From contig NC_010163.1 in the NCBI RefSeq assembly GCF_000018785.1, forward strand, positions 630,001 through 662,000: a DNA stretch of 32,000 nucleotides, read 5' to 3'. The DNA is from Acholeplasma laidlawii PG-8A. GTDB lineage: Bacteria > Bacillota_I > Bacilli_A > Acholeplasmatales > Acholeplasmataceae. Position 1 is the first letter of the stretch; every line of letters starts with the position of its first letter. The translations under genes were made by a program, and so were the position numbers. The notes under the pieces were generated by a model. It was given only the letters and a program-made list of their open reading frames with translations, was not told the origin of the DNA and ran no database searches. Positions 25,437-32,000 of this stretch are shown here, in pieces.

Positions 25437-26430
25437 TAGTTGAAGACGAAGCAGAAATAGTTAGACGCATTTATAGAATGTTTTTAGTTGAAGGAAAAAC
25501 TGCAACCGGCATAGCCACTTACTTAAAAAAACTTCATGTTAAAACACCTTCTGGCAAAAACACTAATTGGACCAAAAACACAATAACATCAATTCTAAGT
25601 AATGAAAAGTATAAAGGTGATGCACTACTTCAAAAGACTTTATAGATGATTTCTTAGAAAAATCAGTAGTTAAAAATACGGGCCAAATTCTTCAATATTA
25701 TGTTGAGAATAGTCATCCAGCAATCATTGATAAAAACACTTGGGAACTTGTACAGTTGGAACTAAAAAGAAGGAGTGTACTTGGACCTAAATATTCTGGT
25801 AGTAACTTATTCTCTTCAAAACTTGTATGCGAAGACTGCGGTGGTTTTTATGGAAAGAAAAAATGGCACTCAGGAAGTATGCACGAGAAGATTGTTTATC
25901 AATGCAACAACAAGTTTGATAAAGGAAAAGACAAATGCCAAACTCCACACTTGAGTGAGGAAACAGTAAAGACTAAGTTCATTGAAGCGTATAATTTAAC
26001 GATGGGAGATAAAAGAAGAATTATTGACGATTCAAAAGAAGTTATTGGCTTACTAACCGACACTATCAAAATTGATGATGAGATTGTAAAAATTAATGAA
26101 GAGATTACAATTGTTTCAGAGCTTGTTAGTAAACTGGTTAAGGAAAACTCAAAGACAGATATTCAATTCGGGGAGTACAACAAAAGATACGAAGAGTTAT
26201 CAGAACGTTATGAAAAATTAAGACTTAGACATGAAGAACTATTAAAACAAAAGAATAGCAAACAAGCAAAAGCCATAAAGCTTAGAGCATTCATTTCAAG
26301 CCTTGAAAACTCTGATCACCAGATAAAATATTGGAATGAAATGATATGGATGTTAATAGTTGAAAGCGCAACAGTTCATAGAGATTCAAGTGTTACATTT
26401 AAGTTTCACAATGGGTTGGAGATTAAATAG
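25409..26430 (+). pseudogene. Large serine recombinase remnant. The N-terminal resolvase catalytic domain is absent and there is an internal frameshift near 25640.
   Basis: Frame A (25439-25645): VEDEAEIVRRIYRMFLVEGKTATGIATYLKKLHVKTPSGKNTNWTKNTITSILSNEKYKGDALLQKTL then stop. Homology continues in the adjacent frame from 25639: FIDDFLEKSVVKNTGQILQYYVENSHPAIIDKNTWELVQLELKRR, then a zinc ribbon (CEDCGG...YQCNNK) and a coiled coil. No Ser-catalytic domain precedes it. Confidence 0.8.
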
Positions 26431-26467
26431 GTAGCAATAGAAAATAAATATTTATAATGATTTAAGT

Positions 26468-26538
26468 GCCTGAATATGTTAAACTATAACTATAAAAATC
26501 CGGTTTTTATCAATAGTTATTTTTGAAACATTTCAGGC
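26468..26538. repeat. Long imperfect nested inverted repeat downstream of the recombinase remnant
   Basis: Outer arms are GCCTGAATATGTT and AAACATTTCAGGC. The inner pair is ATAACTAT / ATAGTTAT around AAAAATCCGGTTTTT. Confidence 0.5.
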
Positions 26539-26566
26539 TATTTAATTTTAAATAAGGAGGGTTAAA

Positions 26567-27382
26567 TTGAAAAAAATATATACTATAATTTTAATCGTTA
26601 TCAGTGGATTTTTTTTAAGTAGTTGTCAATCTAACCTTGATTTTGACTTTATAATTCCTGACAAAGAAGACTATTCCATAAATGAGATCATCTTCGATGA
26701 TTTTACTCAATCAACAATTATCGACTTTGATAATATAACTGAGGAATCGTTGCTTTCTGCACAGCAAGCAAATATTTATATATCCAACATTTCATATAAT
26801 GATAAATGGTTTTTTTCAAAGAAGGACAATTACACTGGAAGTGGAGTTATTTTTTTTGAAACAGAGTCATTCTATTATGCACTAACTAACGCGCACGTTG
26901 TTGATAAACATCAAGACTTTGAGAATCATATTATTGAAGTATATGACTATTTTAATAATAAATATAACGCCTTTGTTTATGAAGGAAGCTTTAACTATGA
27001 CTTGGATTTAGCGGTTTTGGTTTTTTATAAAAACGAAGTAGAACTGACTGTTTTGAATATTGTGTATGGTGAGATTGGGGTTGGTGACAATATCATAGCA
27101 ATCGGAAACCCACTCGGTGAAAAGAATGTTATTTCTGTTGGTAAAGTTATAAGATATAACAAAACAAGAGTTGAGGATAGATACGGAAATATTAAAACTA
27201 ATGAATTTAACTCGATAATTCATAGTAGTAAGACAAATGCTGGATCAAGCGGAGGGATGATTTTGAATTTCGATTTAAAAATAGTTGGAATAAACTATGG
27301 AGGGAATCGCAGCGAAGAAAACCCTGAGGGGTTTGCGGTTTCATCCAAATTAGTAATTGATTTTTTATTAAGAATAATCTAG
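26567..27382 (+). CDS. Trypsin-like (S1) serine protease lipoprotein
   Basis: Signal peptide with lipobox FFLSSC. Catalytic triad contexts are LTNAHVV (His), DLAVLVF (Asp) and NAGSSGGMIL (Ser). AAGGAGGG RBS with a TTG start. Confidence 0.8.
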   Translation: MKKIYTIILIVISGFFLSSCQSNLDFDFIIPDKEDYSINEIIFDDFTQSTIIDFDNITEESLLSAQQANIYISNISYNDKWFFSKKDNYTGSGVIFFETESFYYALTNAHVVDKHQDFENHIIEVYDYFNNKYNAFVYEGSFNYDLDLAVLVFYKNEVELTVLNIVYGEIGVGDNIIAIGNPLGEKNVISVGKVIRYNKTRVEDRYGNIKTNEFNSIIHSSKTNAGSSGGMILNFDLKIVGINYGGNRSEENPEGFAVSSKLVIDFLLRII

Positions 27383-27431
27383 TAAAATAAGCTAAAAATA
27401 TAGACATCATTAGCGTAGTTACTATGTAATG

Positions 27432-27440
27432 TGCTAGAAT
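27432..27440 (+). promoter_or_regulatory. Possible extended -10 element upstream of mcrB
   Basis: TGCTAGAAT (TGn-TAGAAT), 65 nt upstream of the ATG at 27505. No good -35. Confidence 0.3.
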
Positions 27441-27504
27441 ATATCTAAATGAGAACGGTAAGTAAACAAGATTTAAAAATGAATTAAATGAGAGGGCTTT
27501 TATA

Positions 27505-29949
27505 ATGATTAATGATATTAATAGGTTTATACAATTAGCAGACACTAATAATTTAAAAACAAAAGAAATAGAGACTCAAATTACAAATAATAATAGAGAT
27601 ATTATTGGCAATTTTCATGTAACTGTATCTTTTGGAGTTACAAATGTCGCTAACATACCGTGGTTTTCTATTAGCAGATTTACTGACTATAAAGAAGATG
27701 CTCCGGTTTTTTTGTATTACAAAAAGCAAAACAAATTAGTTCTATCATTTGGTGTTAAAGAGGAAAAAAATAATAAGGATAGTTTGAAATATAATTTTAA
27801 ATGGAATGATTTAATAAGAGAAAATTATCAAACTGTTCAAGAATATTTTGGTGAAAGAGTAGATAGATATGGTGACAGTTATGTGTATAAAACCTTTGAT
27901 GTTGCAAATTCAGTAGTAGCTAATGGAGAATCTATTAGCACTGATTTAACAGAAATGTTAATGACATATAAAAAACAATTACCTTGTGGTTCACTAATTA
28001 ATTATATAAAGGCTAATTATACAAGTTATCTTAATAAATTTTTAGGAGTAATGGATAAAGAAAGAGTGGATTTTCTTAATGCATTCCCGTTAAACAATTT
28101 GTTGAATATAACCTTAGATGATTATAGTAAAAACGGGAATAAAGATTCATTCACAAATTATATTGAAAATAAAACTTCTAACATATGTTCGGGAAATTTA
28201 GGTATAAATCCAAACAAATTATTTTATCCTAAGAATAATGGGTATGAAGTTTTAAGTACAGTAAGTAGTGCATATGAAACGTTCGGATCTGTTAATTTAA
28301 AGTTTGATGAATTCAAGAGAGAATTACACTATTTTATAACGAACTTTAATATTAATAATTATCAAACACTAAATGTATTGAAATTTAGAGCAAATATTAT
28401 AAAGTTCAATGTACTTAGACTATATAGAAATGATGTAGCTTTATATGGTTTGCCATCACAAAGAGAATTGTCTAAGATATTAGTGAAGATAGGGCTGAAC
28501 ATAAATAGCGATGATAGTATTGCAAAAAGCATCATTCTTACTAACTATTTAATTAGTCAAGACCCACAAATTGTAAATTTGAATACGGATATTGTAAATA
28601 GATTAATTTGGGATTACAAAGTTGATTGTATAGATTCTAATGTTAATCAAGAAGATTCAAGCGAAGACTCTAATGAGGAGGAGAAAATTTCAATGAATAA
28701 GAACTTTGATAAGAACTTAATATTATATGGTCCTCCAGGGACAGGTAAAACATATAACACTAAGATATATGCTGTTGCTATTTGCGATGATCTTGATTTA
28801 GATGAAGTAAAAAATCGAAACTATGACGATGTTTTGAAAAGATATGATGAGTTAGTGTTAGAAAACAGAGTTAAATTTACAACGTTCCATCAATCCTATG
28901 GTTATGAAGACTTTATTGAAGGTTTATATCCTGAAATTAAAAATGGCTCTGACCAAATTACTTATCGAGTTAAAGCAGGAGTTTTTAAAGCTTTTTGTGC
29001 GAATGAATCCTTTGATAGTCTTTGGGATTCCTTTGTCTTAGATGTTAAGAATGGAAAAGTTAAATGGGGAGATATTCTCCCTAACGCTGACGAACACAAA
29101 AAAGATACAGTTTTAAGCGTAAATGGCAACGGAAATATTGATCTTCCTTATGCAAACGGGGTTCCATTTACAAGAGAAAATGCAAAAAAAATCTATTTAG
29201 GTCAAGAAGTTGATAACACGCAAAAAGATTATTTTGAAAAAGTATTTAATTATTTCAAGAAAAATTATATGAATAAACAAAATAAGGGCAATAAAAAAGT
29301 GTTTATTATTGACGAAATTAACCGAGGCAATATTTCTAAAATATTTGGAGAATTAATCACCTTAATTGAAGATACAAAACGTAAAGGTGAAAAAGAAGAA
29401 ATGAGTATTACATTACCATACTCTAAAAAACCATTTACAGTTCCAAATAATGTTCACATTCTAGGTACAATGAACACTGCTGACAGATCGATTGCTTTAA
29501 TGGATACAGCATTAAGAAGAAGATTTGCATTTGAAGAGATGATGCCAGAACCAGAACTTATTAAAGCAGAAGTTGATGGATTGAAAATATCTGAGATGTT
29601 GACAGCAATTAACAAAAGAATTGAAGTTTTATATGATAGAGAACATACTATTGGACATGCATTTTTTATGGACAAAAAGTTGGAACTAGGTGATCTAGCT
29701 CACATATTTAAAAATAAAATAATTCCTTTATTACAAGAGTACTTCTATGAGGACTATGAAAAAATCCAATGGGTGCTTGGTGATAATGAAAAAACTGATG
29801 AATCATTTAAATTTATCAAACAAATAAAAAATGAAGCAAATATTTTCAAAGGTAAAAATGGTGCTGATATGAATGCTCTTCCAGAGTATAGATATGAGAT
29901 AAATAAAAAGGCATTTGACAAAATAGAAAGTTACAAACAAATAAAATAA
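27505..29949 (+). CDS. mcrB: McrB-family AAA+ GTPase with a DUF3578-like N-terminal DNA-binding domain
   Basis: The N-terminal FHVTVSFGVTNVANIPWFSI matches the DUF3578 pattern (S.G.gn.a.vPW). Also present: Walker A LILYGPPGTGKTY, Walker B VFIIDEINRGN, the McrB signature GTMNTADRS and MDTALRRRFAF. Confidence 0.9.
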   Translation: MINDINRFIQLADTNNLKTKEIETQITNNNRDIIGNFHVTVSFGVTNVANIPWFSISRFTDYKEDAPVFLYYKKQNKLVLSFGVKEEKNNKDSLKYNFKWNDLIRENYQTVQEYFGERVDRYGDSYVYKTFDVANSVVANGESISTDLTEMLMTYKKQLPCGSLINYIKANYTSYLNKFLGVMDKERVDFLNAFPLNNLLNITLDDYSKNGNKDSFTNYIENKTSNICSGNLGINPNKLFYPKNNGYEVLSTVSSAYETFGSVNLKFDEFKRELHYFITNFNINNYQTLNVLKFRANIIKFNVLRLYRNDVALYGLPSQRELSKILVKIGLNINSDDSIAKSIILTNYLISQDPQIVNLNTDIVNRLIWDYKVDCIDSNVNQEDSSEDSNEEEKISMNKNFDKNLILYGPPGTGKTYNTKIYAVAICDDLDLDEVKNRNYDDVLKRYDELVLENRVKFTTFHQSYGYEDFIEGLYPEIKNGSDQITYRVKAGVFKAFCANESFDSLWDSFVLDVKNGKVKWGDILPNADEHKKDTVLSVNGNGNIDLPYANGVPFTRENAKKIYLGQEVDNTQKDYFEKVFNYFKKNYMNKQNKGNKKVFIIDEINRGNISKIFGELITLIEDTKRKGEKEEMSITLPYSKKPFTVPNNVHILGTMNTADRSIALMDTALRRRFAFEEMMPEPELIKAEVDGLKISEMLTAINKRIEVLYDREHTIGHAFFMDKKLELGDLAHIFKNKIIPLLQEYFYEDYEKIQWVLGDNEKTDESFKFIKQIKNEANIFKGKNGADMNALPEYRYEINKKAFDKIESYKQIK

Positions 29950-29956
29950 TAGATAG

Positions 29957-31261
29957 GTGGTGAACTCAGTGAAAAAGCCTCTGATTGTTAGAGAATATGA
30001 TGAAATTATTAACTTAGATAATAAAAAAGATGGAATGATAGTTAAAACTTTGCCATCTGATACTTTTGATAATTTAAAGCTTTTCATAGAAGAGTTTAAC
30101 ACCGAAATGCATGAAGCTGATGCTCTTGATTTTATGCGAGTTGGATATAAGCGAAACTATGGTGATGTTATTACCATAAGAAATTATGTCGGTTTGATTC
30201 AAATGAATGATGGAACTCAAATAGAAGTATTACCCAAGCTTTCTTTTGAAGGTGAATATGAGACTATTGCTAAGCAAGTCTTTATTAAGATGCTCAGAAG
30301 TCTTAAAGAGTTTTCAGGTAAGGTTTTTAATTCTGCAAGCTTAAATGTTGATCGTATGAATCTTTATGAGATTTTTATTAGCATGTACATTCAAGAAGTG
30401 AGACATTTGGTTAAGACAGGTATCAAGTCTTTTTATGAAACTAAGGAAGATAATCTGAAGGTTTATAAAGGAAAATTAAAAGTAAAAGAGCAACAACGAT
30501 ATAACAATGTCCATAAAGAGAGATTTTTTGTTGCTTATGACGAATATACGACTAATAGACCAGAGAATAGACTAATTAAAAGTACACTGTTAAAGCTGCA
30601 AAAATTGTCGAATTATATAGAAAATGTCAAAGAAATACAAAACCTGTTAAATAGTTTTGAACTAATAGAACCATCTACCAACTTTGATAGTGATTTTTCT
30701 AAGGTTACAATTAATAGAGGTAATAAAGAATACGAAACAATTATGATATGGTCAAAGGTGTTTTTATATAACAGAAGTTTTACTACTTTTTCTGGAAGTA
30801 CTACAGCAAGAGCTTTATTATTCCCAATGGAGAAGATATTTGAATCGTATGTTGCTTCAGAGTTAAAAAAACACTTGCGTGATAAAGACTGGAGTATATC
30901 AACACAAGACAAAGGCTTTTATTTATTCGATGAACCATCCAAGTTTTCACTTAGACCTGATATAGTTATAACTAAAGAAAATGACGAAACAATCATACTG
31001 GATACGAAGTGGAAAATACTAATAGATGATGAACGTAAGAACTATGGTGTTTCACAAGCAGATATGTATCAAATGTATGCATACGCTAAGAAGTATGAAT
31101 CAAAAAAAGTATTCGTTATTTATCCTTTGAACCCAGAAATGAGTAAATACGCTATAGATGGAATCGAATTTAGAAGTGAAGGGATTTCTGTTCAGTTACT
31201 ATTCATTGATTTGTTAAATGTTGATGATAGTCTTAAATACATTACGGACAAAATGATATGA
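29957..31261 (+). CDS. mcrC: McrC nuclease subunit (PD-(D/E)xK)
   Basis: Starts 8-20 nt after mcrB. LRPDIVI...IILDTKWK (D...D-x-K) and ADMYQMYAYAKKY are classic McrC C-terminal motifs. The real start is probably the GTG at 29969 (AGGTGG RBS, 8 nt spacing). Confidence 0.85.
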   Translation: MVNSVKKPLIVREYDEIINLDNKKDGMIVKTLPSDTFDNLKLFIEEFNTEMHEADALDFMRVGYKRNYGDVITIRNYVGLIQMNDGTQIEVLPKLSFEGEYETIAKQVFIKMLRSLKEFSGKVFNSASLNVDRMNLYEIFISMYIQEVRHLVKTGIKSFYETKEDNLKVYKGKLKVKEQQRYNNVHKERFFVAYDEYTTNRPENRLIKSTLLKLQKLSNYIENVKEIQNLLNSFELIEPSTNFDSDFSKVTINRGNKEYETIMIWSKVFLYNRSFTTFSGSTTARALLFPMEKIFESYVASELKKHLRDKDWSISTQDKGFYLFDEPSKFSLRPDIVITKENDETIILDTKWKILIDDERKNYGVSQADMYQMYAYAKKYESKKVFVIYPLNPEMSKYAIDGIEFRSEGISVQLLFIDLLNVDDSLKYITDKMI

Positions 31262-31347
31262 TTTTCTGGAATTCAAAAAAAATTATATTTAATTATTGCT
31301 ATATGTTATTCTCTTCACATAATCAAAGAAAAGGATGTGAAGATTAA

Positions 31348-31857
31348 ATGAATAATGAAAAAATAATTGATATAGGTACTCAAATAGTTTCAAAGATTCT
31401 GGACTTCCCAATACCCGAATTATATATAATAGAACAATCAAAATTGCCAAACAAAGAAATTACAGGTATTTATTCATTTGGTGAAAACGAGATTATATTT
31501 AATGAGGAGTGGGTTAATAGAAGTCAATGGATAGAGGTTATTATTACTGTGTTCCATGAAATGCGTCATGCCTACCAGGGTTATTGCATTAGAACGAAAA
31601 CTAGAGAATCAGCTGAAACTATAAAAGCATGGGAATCTGAAATTAACTGTTATATTATGCCTTCAGGAAAGAATAATGGAATAGATGATCAAAGCTACTT
31701 AACACAAGAAATAGAAATTGATGCGATCGCATTTGCTCATTGGATCGTCAAGAAAGAATTTGATCTAAAAACAGTAATACCGGATTTAATTAAAAAGAAA
31801 GTCAATGAAAAGATTAAGACATTTGAAATTATAGGAATAACTCAAATAAATCTGTAA
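31348..31857 (+). CDS. HExxH zincin-like metallopeptidase domain protein
   Basis: VFHEMRHAYQ (HExxH) at mid-protein and a downstream EIEIDA acidic segment that could supply a third ligand. AAGGATG RBS region. The family is not identified. Confidence 0.55.
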   Translation: MNNEKIIDIGTQIVSKILDFPIPELYIIEQSKLPNKEITGIYSFGENEIIFNEEWVNRSQWIEVIITVFHEMRHAYQGYCIRTKTRESAETIKAWESEINCYIMPSGKNNGIDDQSYLTQEIEIDAIAFAHWIVKKEFDLKTVIPDLIKKKVNEKIKTFEIIGITQINL

Positions 31858-31950
31858 ATAAAGTGGCACTTGCCAGAGGGAGTTACAAATGAGTAGCATC
31901 AATTCATTTTTTGATATTAAATTAGTTTTAAGAAAAGTTGGGATGGATAT

Positions 31951-32000
31951 ATGATTAATTGGCAAACGATATCAGAAAGAATAATGGATTTCATAGATTT
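31951..32000 (+). CDS. 5' end of an unidentified ORF running off the window
   Basis: ATG at 31951 (MINWQTISERIMDFID...), open to the edge. Too short to interpret. Confidence 0.2.
   Translation, partial: MINWQTISERIMDFID

Noticed and set aside
27207-27545. Minus-strand ORFs at 27207-27545, 29803-30102, 30613-30912 and 29454-29675
   Set aside because: They are antisense to the protease/mcrB junction and to the mcrB and mcrC bodies. They are AT-rich chance ORFs with Phe/Leu/Ile/Ser-rich products.
1-32000. Possibility that TGA encodes Trp (Mollicute code 4)
   Set aside because: Many well-supported genes of the expected length end at TGA (terS at the ATGA junction with terL, the Dit, TMP and holin junctions). 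Trp is encoded by TGG throughout. The standard code fits.
1-32000. CRISPR arrays, rRNA genes, tRNA genes and IS elements with terminal inverted repeats
   Set aside because: Scanning the intergenic regions showed no regularly spaced direct repeats, no rRNA- or tRNA-like conserved blocks and no transposase ORFs.

Overview
The window is AT-rich and every credible gene is on the + strand. TGA acts as a stop (for example the terS/terL ATGA junction), so the genetic code is standard. This fits a low-GC Firmicute or an Acholeplasma-like host. About 25 kb (1 to ~25175) is a siphovirus-type phage or prophage whose left end lies outside the window. It has three parts. (1) An early or accessory region holds the 3' end of a DNA methyltransferase, four small unknown genes including a paralogous pair, and a phage-borne SAM synthetase (metK). 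(2) A late operon runs in canonical order: HNH endonuclease, P27-type small terminase, large terminase, HK97-type portal, prohead protease, major capsid, connector and tail-completion genes, major tail protein, a G/GT chaperone pair with a canonical CCCAAAG -1 slippery site, tape measure, Dit, a Gp37-like tail protein and tail fibres. (3) Two holins follow, with no recognisable endolysin. Cargo genes interrupt the late operon at three points. Between HNH and terS (3358-8618) sits a ~5.3 kb defence island. It contains a Lamassu-like pair (DUF4297/Cap4-type nuclease plus an SMC-like ATPase with a CxxC hook). It also contains a SIR2_2 NADase-like gene split across two frames, followed by a DUF2971-like gene. 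That SIR2/DUF2971 module matches no described SIR2 defence architecture I know and is my best candidate for an undescribed system. Between terL and portal is a small protein with an Rx4H HEPN-like motif. Between the tail fibres and the holins is a Pol-beta-type nucleotidyltransferase-like protein. Right of the lysis genes lie a promoter with hairpins, a decayed large serine recombinase, a lipoprotein trypsin-like protease, a complete McrBC type IV restriction system and an HExxH metallopeptidase-like gene. I saw no rRNA, tRNA or CRISPR array. All family assignments come from motif recognition by eye, not from database searches.
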